From the NCBI GenBank assembly GCA_045112155.1, contig JBGUHN010000043.1:617-64616 (forward strand): 64,000 nt of DNA. Direction: 5' to 3'. Of this stretch, positions 35,448-44,507 are shown in pieces. The notes under the pieces were generated by a model. It ran no database searches. It saw nothing but the letters and a program-made list of their open reading frames with translations, and was not told the origin of the DNA. Position numbers and translations under genes: made by a program. Positions within the stretch are counted from its first letter, which is position 1, and the number at the start of each line of letters is the position of its first letter. This stretch comes from Lachnospiraceae bacterium. Its GTDB lineage: Bacteria; Bacillota; Clostridia; Lachnospirales; Lachnospiraceae.

Positions 35448-38400
35448 TCATCTTCCCGCCCCCTCAATCTGCTGGGCCAACGTCTGGAACAGCCTCTCCG
35501 AATCGATCGGCTTAGTCAGGCACGTATTCATGCCTGCATCAAAGCACTTATCCTCCGTCTCGGCCTGCACATCCGCCGTCAGCGCAATGATCGGAATCGT
35601 CTTCGCGTCCGCCGTGCCGCTCGAGCGGATCTCCGCCGTGGCCGCAAGCCCGTCCTTGACCGGCATCATAAGATCCATCAGGATAGCCTGATAGTGGAAA
35701 GCGCCCTGCTCAATGAAGAAATCCACTGCCTCCTGGCCGTCGTGAGCCAGCGTGACGTGCAGCCCCTTCTTCTCAAGCAGCCGTATGATGACCTCCGCGT
35801 TGATCTTCGTATCCTCGGCGAGCAGAATGTTCTTCCCGTAGAACAGGCGGTCCTCATAGGCGGTGGTCGTTGAATTCAGCAGGGCGATCTGCTCGCCCGT
35901 GGCCATCGCGTACTTGAGAATGATCCTGAACTCTGTTCCTTCGCCGAGCTTCGATCTGCAGGAAATCGTGCCGCCGAGCAGGTCGACGAGGCTTTTGCAT
36001 ATATACAGTCCAAGGCCGGTCCCCTCTCTCAGCCCGGCATCAGTCACCTCCTGTTCAAATGGCAGGAACATCCGATTCTGGAAATCCTCCGACATGCCGA
36101 TACCCGTATCCGAGATCGTGTAGGAGTGGGTGACCGTGTTGTCCCCGTAAGTGACGTCGCAGGCAAAACGTATCGTTCCGCCCTTGGGCGTGAACTTGAC
36201 CGCGTTGGAGAGCAGATTCATCAGAATGCGCTCCACATGCTCAGTATCCATCAGGACATAGCGGCTCTTGTTGCCGTGGATATAATATTCAAACTTCTGC
36301 CCGGAATTCATCGTCCGGGATTCGATGATCGTGTGGATCTCGTCCAGCAAATCATCCTCTCTGACAGTCTGGCACACCGAAACGACCTTGCCCGCATTCA
36401 GCCGGCTGGTCTCGAGGATCTCCCCGATGAGGTTCGTGAGATAGCGTCCGGCAGAGGCGATCTTCTCAAGATTCTCTCTGACGACCGGTGTGAGATCCGG
36501 TTCCTCGAGGGTGAGATTAGTAAGACCCAGAATAGCCGTCATCGGTGTACGCATATCGTGGCTCATGTGGGAGAGGAAAGTCTCCTTCTCGTGGCCGCGC
36601 TTCACCGCAGCCCGAAGGGCCTTCGCCATCTCCTCGATCTGCTGCTTGTCATCGATCTGGATAGCCGTGTCGATGAATGTGAGCACGAGACCGCGCAGCT
36701 TTCTGTTCCGGCGCACCGAGGCGTCGTATTCGTCGTGCTCGTAGGACATTTCATTTGTCTGGAACGGAGCGATACGGATCAGGTATGTCTGCCCGCTGAT
36801 CGACGCGGCAAGATGCTCCGACGGCTTCTTGGTCGCAAGGACTTCGCGGCAGAGGGCAAGCAGGTCGATTGTTGCGAAATTAAAGGAAATATAGCGCAGC
36901 GAGCGCCCGACATCCTGGTCGGCAACATTGAACTCCGTGGAGATATACTCCGTGAACTTGCGAATATTCAGATCCTGGTCGACCATAAGGACGCCGACCA
37001 TCGTGGACGACAGGAAATTGGCCATATCGTCATTGACGCCTGCCAGCTCGCTCACCTTCGACTGGTACTCGGAGTTGACAGTGTAGAGCTCCTCGTTGAC
37101 CGACTGGAGCTCCTCGTTGGAGGACTGGAGTTCTTCATTGGCGGTGAGTAGCTCTTCATTTGCAGCCTGCAGCTCCGCGTTGACCGACTCGAGCTCGCCG
37201 ACCGTCCGCCGCAGATTGTCCTGAGCGACCTTCAGCTCGCGCTCGAGGCTCGCGATCCTCTGGGCAGCCTGAGTGTCGATCCGGTATTCCTTCATATCCT
37301 TCTCGACCTCGCGGTGACCGCGCAGGAAAGCGACTGCGCAGTAGCCAGTGCGAGTGGCCTGGTTATCATAAATCGGCTGCGCGACGATCGAAATATATTC
37401 TACGTTCTCATCGATCAGGACCGGAATCTTGTCATAGGCCACGCGGTCCTGCAGCTCGCGGCATTCCCGCAGCACGGTCGAGACCGCGATTTTTAGGTCA
37501 GTCCGGATCATTGCAAATATATCCAGCGTCACCGCGCCCGTCGGCACGTTCAGCACTTTTGAGCAGTCGCCGTAAGTGCGCACGAGCTCGTTTCTCTCAT
37601 CGACCAGTACACAGGCGGGCATCATCGCTTCGAGTGTCGAGAGGTCGAGCTCGGAGGCCTTGTACTGAGTGTCCGCCGCCGACTCCTGCCTCGGGATTGC
37701 CAGCGGGATCATGTTCTGGTCCAGAGACTGCATCGCGTAGGAAATCCGCTCGTGGGGCGGAGCTTTGCCTTCGAGGTTGTGGACGAAGATTTTTTCATTT
37801 GCACAGAGGACGCGGAACACGTCATCGTAATTGATAACGGATTCGGAGCGGCCGAGGAAGAGATAGCCGCGGTCATTCAGCGCCATGTGGAAAATGCCGA
37901 AAAGATTCCGCTGCAGCACCGTCTGGAAATAGATCAGCAGATTTCTGCAGCTGATGAGGTCGAGCTTCCCGAACGGCGGATCCTGGAAAACGTTGTGTTG
38001 TGCAAATACAATCATCTTCCGCAAATCATGCCTCACCACATACGTATTCCCCTTGCGCGCAAAGTAGCGGGACAGGCGCTGCACACTCACATCTTCTATA
38101 ATATTGTCGCCGTAGACGCCCTTGCCGGCTGCCGCGATCGAATCGGGATCGAGGTCTGTCGCAAATATCTTTATATCCCGTCTCTCCCCAAGCTCCTCCA
38201 TGACTTCCATAAAGAGGATGGCGATCGAGTAGGCTTCCTCACCGGTGGAGCAGCCCGCGACCCAGACGCGGATCTGGTCGCTCTGGCCCGCATTCATAAC
38301 AAGAGTCTTAATGACTCTCTCTTTGAGCACCTCAAAATAATCAGCGTCACGGAAGAAACTCGTGACTCCGATCAATACTTCCTTGGCCAGGACTCTGGCC

Positions 38401-39194
38401 TCCTCGGGATTATTCTTCAGGTAAGTCACATACTCCCGGAGATTCCGGTTGTGAGTGACCACCAGTCGGCGCTCGATCCTGCGCAGGATCGTCGTCTGTT
38501 TATAATAGGTATAATTTGTATTCGTGATATTCTTCAGAATCGAGAATACCTGCGAGAGGAGATCTTCATCCGTCAGCTGGAGCTTGCTCGTCGCGTCGAC
38601 CAGGGAGGCAGAGATGTGGGCCATCTCGCGGGCGATCGCGTCCGGTGCCTGCACGATATCGACAAACCCTGTGGCAATCGCGTTGCGGGGCATGCCGTCG
38701 AACTTGGCGCTCTCGGGTGACTGGACGATGATGACGCCGTTTTGCTCTTTGATGGAGCGGATACCATTGGTACCATCCGAACCTGTGCCGGACAGAATGA
38801 TAGCCACAGCCCGATTCTCATAGGCCCGGGCAAGTGAGCGGAAAAAGACGTCGATCGGGTGATTGATCTTCGTGTGGTTGTACTCCGTCAGGTGAAGTAT
38901 ATCCGACGTGATTTCAAGATTATAGCGCGGCGGGATCATATAAATGTGATTGCGCCGTACCTGCATGCCGTCGCGGGCTTCGATGACCGGCATGGAGGTG
39001 TATTTGCCCAAAATATCAGTGAGTAACGACTTGTGGTCCGGGGCAAGATGCTGAATTATGACGAACGACATTCCCGTGTTTCCGGGCAGAAATGTCAGGA
39101 ACTGCTGCAGAGCCTCAAGGCCGCCCGCCGACGCGCCGATGCCGACGACGCAGCTGGGTGGAAGCTCCTGCCGAATTTCATTATTGTATTCCAT
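35448..39194 (-). CDS. CheB methylesterase - CheR methyltransferase - PAS - coiled coil - HisKA/HATPase - receiver fusion protein
   Basis: ATG at 39194 sits 6 nt after GGAGG. 'VVGIGASAGGLEAL' (CheB), 'VWVAGCSTGEEAYSIA' (CheR SAM site), H-box 'SHMSHDMRTPMTAILG', 'GTGLGLYICK', receiver 'ILLAEDTKIN..ILMDLMMPVKDG..ALTA'. Confidence 0.85.
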   Translation of the reverse strand: MEYNNEIRQELPPSCVVGIGASAGGLEALQQFLTFLPGNTGMSFVIIQHLAPDHKSLLTDILGKYTSMPVIEARDGMQVRRNHIYMIPPRYNLEITSDILHLTEYNHTKINHPIDVFFRSLARAYENRAVAIILSGTGSDGTNGIRSIKEQNGVIIVQSPESAKFDGMPRNAIATGFVDIVQAPDAIAREMAHISASLVDATSKLQLTDEDLLSQVFSILKNITNTNYTYYKQTTILRRIERRLVVTHNRNLREYVTYLKNNPEEARVLAKEVLIGVTSFFRDADYFEVLKERVIKTLVMNAGQSDQIRVWVAGCSTGEEAYSIAILFMEVMEELGERRDIKIFATDLDPDSIAAAGKGVYGDNIIEDVSVQRLSRYFARKGNTYVVRHDLRKMIVFAQHNVFQDPPFGKLDLISCRNLLIYFQTVLQRNLFGIFHMALNDRGYLFLGRSESVINYDDVFRVLCANEKIFVHNLEGKAPPHERISYAMQSLDQNMIPLAIPRQESAADTQYKASELDLSTLEAMMPACVLVDERNELVRTYGDCSKVLNVPTGAVTLDIFAMIRTDLKIAVSTVLRECRELQDRVAYDKIPVLIDENVEYISIVAQPIYDNQATRTGYCAVAFLRGHREVEKDMKEYRIDTQAAQRIASLERELKVAQDNLRRTVGELESVNAELQAANEELLTANEELQSSNEELQSVNEELYTVNSEYQSKVSELAGVNDDMANFLSSTMVGVLMVDQDLNIRKFTEYISTEFNVADQDVGRSLRYISFNFATIDLLALCREVLATKKPSEHLAASISGQTYLIRIAPFQTNEMSYEHDEYDASVRRNRKLRGLVLTFIDTAIQIDDKQQIEEMAKALRAAVKRGHEKETFLSHMSHDMRTPMTAILGLTNLTLEEPDLTPVVRENLEKIASAGRYLTNLIGEILETSRLNAGKVVSVCQTVREDDLLDEIHTIIESRTMNSGQKFEYYIHGNKSRYVLMDTEHVERILMNLLSNAVKFTPKGGTIRFACDVTYGDNTVTHSYTISDTGIGMSEDFQNRMFLPFEQEVTDAGLREGTGLGLYICKSLVDLLGGTISCRSKLGEGTEFRIILKYAMATGEQIALLNSTTTAYEDRLFYGKNILLAEDTKINAEVIIRLLEKKGLHVTLAHDGQEAVDFFIEQGAFHYQAILMDLMMPVKDGLAATAEIRSSGTADAKTIPIIALTADVQAETEDKCFDAGMNTCLTKPIDSERLFQTLAQQIEGAGR

Positions 39195-39219
39195 ATGCAT
39201 CCTCCGTAAAACCATTCGA

Positions 39220-39412
39220 CTCAGCGGAGAAACCGCTTCTTCCAGATACGGAAACTCAACAACGGTCTTGGCGGGAGAGGCTCCGCCACTTTGTGAGTGA
39301 GTTCTGACATAATACTCTCAGTCGGAGAGACTCTGCCACTCAGGGGTGAGTTTAGGCAAAAAGGCCTCAGACGGAGAAAAGTTTCTCTAAGGTGGTGAGT
39401 CGAAAGAATTGG
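39220..39412. repeat. Degenerate ~48-bp tandem repeat x4 in the divergent intergenic region
   Basis: Units CTCAG.CGGAGA.A....C..C.ACT.AGG.GTGAGT starting near 39220, 39266, 39315 and 39365. Confidence 0.6.
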
Positions 39413-39492
39413 CTGATATTAGAATAAAACAAAAAAGGTGAATAGTAAAGTAAAGCATTTGCAAATCCAATTTCGACCACTCATACCTGTAT

Positions 39493-39520
39493 TTGCAAAA
39501 CACCCACACTGAGGTATAAT
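39493..39520 (+). promoter_or_regulatory. Candidate promoter of the 39560 kinase gene
   Basis: TTGCAA (inside a TTTGCAAA motif), 16-nt spacer, perfect TATAAT (39515-39520), 40 nt upstream of the ATG. A 10-bp palindrome ATTTGCAAAT lies 34 bp further upstream (39457-39466). Confidence 0.5.
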
Positions 39521-39559
39521 AAGAACGAAAATACAGGTATTGTACACGGAGGAAACCTC

Positions 39560-41173
39560 ATGAAAAAAATAGATGTTAAAACCATGAAGAAAAAAGTCAT
39601 GGAAGGTATGCTTGCCACGTTCCTGGACAATGACTATGAACGCGTCTACATCATCGACATCGCTGAGCGCAAGTGCTGTGATATATACGACCTGAGATTC
39701 ACCGAAGATTTCGAGGAGGTGCCGTGGCACGACTACGATGCCGTCCTCTTCAAAACACTGCGCGGCATTAGAGCTGACATGAGCTCGGCAGAGCTCCGGC
39801 AAAAGTTCTCGCTCGACAACGTGGAAAAGGAACTCGAATCCCGCACAGCTTACAGCATATATTACAGCTTCAACGGCCGCGGCGACAGGCACATGCATCG
39901 CCGGGCTACCTTCTACCGCATTGAGGGCGTTACGGATCTTGTCTGCTACTCCGTCCAGGATCTGACAGACTACGTTGAGAATGAGCAGAGCGAGCAGCGC
40001 AAGCTGCAGGCGGCGCTGCTGGATGAGAAGCAGGCTTCATTTGCACAAAGATCTCTGCTCAGCAGACTCAGCCGTGACGTACGCACGCCAATCAACTCTA
40101 TCATAGGACTTGCGGAAATAGCTCACTCGGAGCTCGGCAACCCCGAAGTTCTCGAGAGATATCTTAAGGAAATAGCGACGTCCGGAGAGTACATATCCGG
40201 CATCCTGGAAGACATTATCAACCTGTATCAGATCGAGAACAATGAGATTGTCCTTCAGCCAGAGAAAGTTAATATGAGAAAATTCCTGTCCGAGATCGAA
40301 AACGAGCACCGCCCGAAGGCTCTCGAGAATGGACAGCACTTTACAGTTAAGCGCGAACGGCTGGCCAGCACGGTCGTCCTGGCCGACCGCTACAGACTGA
40401 CTCAGATCATTCGGAATCTGCTTGCGAACGCTTTCTACAATCTGCCCGCGGGCGGATCGGTCATCATGAACGTCGCTGAGTTTGACAGGCAGGGGGACAG
40501 CACGACCCTCAGCGTGTCCGTGCAGTCGAGCGGCGGCATAGAGCCGGAACGCCTCGAAGCCATTTTCGATGCTGAGGCCTCGAGGAGCAGCCGGGAGCTG
40601 GCAGTCAACGACAAAGTCGGCCTCGGGCTCATCATCGCCCGGAGCTACATAGTGGCCATGGACGGCGAGGTCCGCGCGGAGAACTGGCAGGGACAGGACA
40701 CAAAGATTACTTTCCGCGTGAAGCTGCCGATCCCGTTCGAGCAGCGCGAGAACTACGCAAAGCAGACAAGAATCAGCTCGGAGACCCCGGTCATGAACGG
40801 CCGCCGTATCCTGCTGGTCGACGATCACAAGCTTACCATCGAGATTGGCAACAAGCTGATTGAGAAGACCGGCGCGGAGGTCGTCACCGCCAGGAACGGC
40901 AAGGAAGCCCTCGATATCTTTGCCGAGGACAGTGAGAGCTTCGACATGATCCTTATGGATATCCGCATGCCTGTCATGGACGGCCTTACAGCGACCCGGG
41001 CAATCCGCGAGCTTGACCTGCGCGGGGCCGCGGACGTTCCGATCGTGGCAATGACGGCCAGTGTGTTCGAGGATGACATCAGGGAGAGCTTCAGCGCGGG
41101 CATGAATGCGCATCTGGTGAAGCCGTTCGGCCCGAGGGAGTTGTATCAGGTGATGGAGAGGTTTCTTAAATAA
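39560..41173 (+). CDS. Cytoplasmic hybrid histidine-kinase-like protein with degenerate H-box and intact receiver
   Basis: HisKA-like 'LLSRLSRDVRTPINSIIGLAE' has Arg where the phospho-His is expected. N box 'NLLANA', degenerate G1 'SSGGIE', G2 'GLGLIIARS'. Receiver 'ILLVDDHK..ILMDIRMPVMDG..AMTA..LVKP'. Confidence 0.75.
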   Translation: MKKIDVKTMKKKVMEGMLATFLDNDYERVYIIDIAERKCCDIYDLRFTEDFEEVPWHDYDAVLFKTLRGIRADMSSAELRQKFSLDNVEKELESRTAYSIYYSFNGRGDRHMHRRATFYRIEGVTDLVCYSVQDLTDYVENEQSEQRKLQAALLDEKQASFAQRSLLSRLSRDVRTPINSIIGLAEIAHSELGNPEVLERYLKEIATSGEYISGILEDIINLYQIENNEIVLQPEKVNMRKFLSEIENEHRPKALENGQHFTVKRERLASTVVLADRYRLTQIIRNLLANAFYNLPAGGSVIMNVAEFDRQGDSTTLSVSVQSSGGIEPERLEAIFDAEASRSSRELAVNDKVGLGLIIARSYIVAMDGEVRAENWQGQDTKITFRVKLPIPFEQRENYAKQTRISSETPVMNGRRILLVDDHKLTIEIGNKLIEKTGAEVVTARNGKEALDIFAEDSESFDMILMDIRMPVMDGLTATRAIRELDLRGAADVPIVAMTASVFEDDIRESFSAGMNAHLVKPFGPRELYQVMERFLK

Positions 41174-41254
41174 TTATAGGTAGAATTATTCTTTTGTTCA
41201 TGCCTGGAGGCTAATAACAGATAGAGTTATTCTTTTATTCATGCTTGAGGATTT

Positions 41255-42260
41255 AGTGGCTGCCGCGCTGGGTGGCGTAGATGGCAGTCGCTATCATTGA
41301 AATCAACTCTAATCTACTGAAGGCTAGAATGATGGCATTCGGTCATAAAAGTTCAAAATGGTGTTTCGTGACTGCCCGCGTATTTTGCGGGCAGTCGTTT
41401 TTATTGAAATTAGCTCTATTCTACTGAAGGCAAGAATGCTGGCATTCGGTCATCTTTACTCAAAGCGGCGTTTCATGACTGCCCGGGTGTTGTGGCGGGC
41501 AGTCGCTAACATTGAAATCAGCTCTATTCTACTGAAGGCAAGAATGCTGGCAATCGGTCATGAAAGTTCCAAACGGGGTTCCGTGACTGCCGGAGTGTCA
41601 TGGAGGGCAGTAGCTTTCATTGAAATCACCTCAATTCTACTGAAGGCAAGAATGCTGGCAATCGGTCATGAAAGTTCAAAACGGGGCTCCGTGACTGCCG
41701 GGGTATCATGGAGGGCAGTAGCTTTCATTGAAATCACCTCAAATCTACTGAAGGCAAGAATGCTGGCAATCGGTCATGAAAGTTCCAAACGGGGTTCCAT
41801 GACTGCCCGAGTTGAGAAACGGGCAGTCGCGTTCGCTGAAACCAACTTTTGTCTACTGCTGATCAAAAACTCATATAAGAACGTCTTACCATCACATAAT
41901 ATCAAATTCAGAAAAATAGACTGCTTCTAGGCTTTCGTTTTTGGAGGGCGAACAGCGGATTTACCTAAGAATGAGTCAGCGTGACTGCCCTGGGCAGATG
42001 ATTCAACTCTCGCATGGCACTGCACATATGTGATATTTTGCAAGATCGACTGCCGGCTTTACTTTGCGCAATCCAGCCGGATTGAACCGATTAGCGAAGG
42101 CAGCAATCACACATCAAAATCAAGATTTTGCTGCCTCCGCCATCGACCCGATGAAACCCACCAAGCGCAAAGGCAGCAACCGCGCCTTGGAAGCAGGATT
42201 TTGCTGCCTCCGCCATCGACCCGATGAAATTCAACAAGAGCAAGGCAGCCATAAACCCAA
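41255..42260 (+). repeat. Composite repeat element copy 4: about 5.5 108-bp units (41255-41860), tail (41861-42060), GGCAGC-box extension (42061-42260)
   Basis: Units carry the array-specific box-a variant GGCA(A/T)TCGGTCAT. The tail has CATGGCACTGCACATATGTG and GACTGCTTCTAGGC. Direct repeat GATTTTGCTGCCTCCGCCATCGACCCGATGAAA at 42124 and 42197. Confidence 0.9.
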
Positions 42261-42387
42261 AAGAGCAAGTGTATGGTAGAATTCTAAAGAAATTGGAAGA
42301 CCAAGTTTGTTGTTTTTATACAAGCGATGGTTTATAATACAACAGTATATATCTAAATGTAGTGTAGTAGGGGTTATAGACACAATT

Positions 42388-44487
42388 ATGGATGAATATA
42401 GCAATGAGAAAAAAGAAGGCTTCTTCAGCAGACTGATCGACGCAGTCCTCGGCATATTCGGAGGAGGCAGCAAGAAGAAATCCGATTCGACCGCTGTGGC
42501 AAATATCAAAGCCAAGGAACTGTCCAGAATTGACTTGCTTGAGATGCTGGTCGAGCTTGGCAAGGAAAATGCAAGACTGAAGGCTGAAATCGAAGATCAG
42601 GGCCGTGAGATCGAGAAGAAAGAGCTTCTCCTTCAGGCAGCCCGCAAGAATACCCCGGTACTGACGACCGGAGAAGAAGTCAATCTGGGACCTTCGGATG
42701 CCCAGAATTCAGCGTCTTCATACAGAACGCAAATGCAGGCTGCTGAGTCAGAAGCCAGAGCCATTGATGCGGAGAGGAGAGCTGCAGAAGCGGCACTTCG
42801 GGCTGCGGAAGCTGAGCAGAGAGCCCTCAAGGCAGAAGCCATGGTAGAGGCCGCGGAGCGACGTGCCCGTGAGGCTGAGGAGAAGGCAGCTCAGGCAGAG
42901 CTTCAGATTCAGGAAGCACAGAGTGTCATGGATGACTTGACAGCGGCTCCGGATGCTGCGGAAGCGGAAATTCCGGTAGAACCTACAGCTATGGCAGTGG
43001 AATCTGAGGCGACGGAAGTGGTATCTGAAGAGGCAGAGAGCCTTGCTGAGGCAGACATGGGGGCAGAGATTCCTATGGAAGCAGAGGTTTCTGCAGAATC
43101 AGACGCTGAAGCAGAGGTTCCTGCAGAATCAGATGCTGAAGCAGAGACTCCTGTAGAAGCAGATGAAGAAGTCGAAGATACAGAGGATCTGGTAGAAGTA
43201 GTTGAGGAACCAGCCACGCCGGAAGAAGTTGCTGCTCTGGAAGATGTAATTGCGGAGTCGGAGAATCCGGTAGAAGCACTTGCTGAGGTGCAGGCTCCGG
43301 CAGAAACTGCTGCAGAAGTAGAGCTTGCAGAAGCGGTTAATTCGGCAGAAGTAGAGCTTGCAGAAGCAGCTGATTCTACAGAAGCCGAGATTGTAGAAGA
43401 GGCAACTCCGGCAGTCGAAGAGACTGCAATCGAAGAGACAGCTGAGGCAGCAGAAGAGACAATCTCTCAGGCAACTGCAGAGCCTGCCGAACAAATCACC
43501 GAGACAATAAAAGAAGAAACTGTTCAGGAACCGGCGGATATTGAAACAGAAGATGAAGATATTAATGAAGATTCACTGTACTCCGCCCCGATTCCCGGAA
43601 GTCTCGAAGCAATCATCGCCGCCAGCGCAGCTGCGGCAGCGCTTCGAAGCAGAGCTTTTTCTGATGAAGCATTGGAAGAAGCGACAGCTGAAGAGCGAGC
43701 AATAGCGGAACTTGTTGAAGAGACGCCAATCGAAGAGCCCACTGCAGAAGAGTCAGTAGAAGAGACGCCAATCGAAGAGCCCACTGCAGATGAGTCAGTT
43801 GAAGCAGAGCCGATCGAAGCAGTGCCTGCAGATGAAGAGTCGGTCGAAGAGACACCAGTCGAAGAGGCACCGATTGAAGAGATCCCTGAAGAAGAGTTCG
43901 TTGCAGAAGCGCCAATTCCAGGCAGCCTCGAAGCAATCATCGCCGCCAACGCGGCAGCGGCAGCACTTCGAAGCAGAGCTTTTTCTGATGCAGCATTAGA
44001 AGAAGCGACATTTGAAGAGCGAGAGATGGCGGAACCGGTTGAAGAGACGCCAATCGAAGAGCCCGCTGCAGATGAGTCAGTTGAAGCAGAGCCGATCGAA
44101 GCAGTACCTGCAGATGAGGAGTCAGCCGAAGAGGCACCTGCAGAAGAGGAGCCGATCGAGACAGCTCCTGCAGCCGAAGCCGAGCCTGCAGCAGAAGCAG
44201 CACCTGCAGCAGAAGCAGCACCGGCAGCGGAGCCAATCAAGGCAGCAGCAGCCGCACCGGCAGAAGCCGCCCCAACAGCAGAACCCAAAGCCGTAGCAGA
44301 AACCGAGGCAACAGCAGAGGCTGAAGTTAAAGAAGCCCCGGCCCCAGTAAAAGAACCCCACACACGGCCCGCCCACAGACCCGAACCGCTCCGCGCCTCC
44401 AGGCCGCGGACCGGACGCTCCGGACACCCGGAGGGCAGGGTCTCCATGAGGGAAGCCGCAAGAAGGGCAGGATTAAGCAAAGATTAA
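42388..44487 (+). CDS. Highly acidic Glu/Ala-rich repeat protein with N-terminal amphipathic/coiled-coil module
   Basis: ATG at 42388 ('MDEYSNEKKEGFFSRLIDAVLGIFGG'). Coiled-coil 'AERRAAEAALRAAEAEQRALKAEA'. 324-bp internal duplication (43585 and 43909). Basic C-terminal tail. Confidence 0.6.
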   Translation: MDEYSNEKKEGFFSRLIDAVLGIFGGGSKKKSDSTAVANIKAKELSRIDLLEMLVELGKENARLKAEIEDQGREIEKKELLLQAARKNTPVLTTGEEVNLGPSDAQNSASSYRTQMQAAESEARAIDAERRAAEAALRAAEAEQRALKAEAMVEAAERRAREAEEKAAQAELQIQEAQSVMDDLTAAPDAAEAEIPVEPTAMAVESEATEVVSEEAESLAEADMGAEIPMEAEVSAESDAEAEVPAESDAEAETPVEADEEVEDTEDLVEVVEEPATPEEVAALEDVIAESENPVEALAEVQAPAETAAEVELAEAVNSAEVELAEAADSTEAEIVEEATPAVEETAIEETAEAAEETISQATAEPAEQITETIKEETVQEPADIETEDEDINEDSLYSAPIPGSLEAIIAASAAAAALRSRAFSDEALEEATAEERAIAELVEETPIEEPTAEESVEETPIEEPTADESVEAEPIEAVPADEESVEETPVEEAPIEEIPEEEFVAEAPIPGSLEAIIAANAAAAALRSRAFSDAALEEATFEEREMAEPVEETPIEEPAADESVEAEPIEAVPADEESAEEAPAEEEPIETAPAAEAEPAAEAAPAAEAAPAAEPIKAAAAAPAEAAPTAEPKAVAETEATAEAEVKEAPAPVKEPHTRPAHRPEPLRASRPRTGRSGHPEGRVSMREAARRAGLSKD

Positions 44488-44507
44488 TAATCTAAGCGGG
44501 AGCATTC

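Noticed and set aside
36126-38720. Plus-strand ORFs 36126-37151 (341 aa) and 37752-38720 (322 aa)
   Set aside because: They are antisense to the CheB/CheR-kinase gene, whose domain motifs are continuous on the minus strand.
40037-41113. 358-aa minus-strand ORF
   Set aside because: It is antisense to the 39560 hybrid kinase, which has receiver and HATPase motifs on the plus strand.
43524-44480. 318-aa Ser/Ala-rich minus-strand ORF and several other frames over the acidic protein gene
   Set aside because: Low-complexity GAA/GCA-rich DNA is open in many frames. The plus-strand frame has a sensible start, an N-terminal module shared with the next gene, and continuity with the operon.
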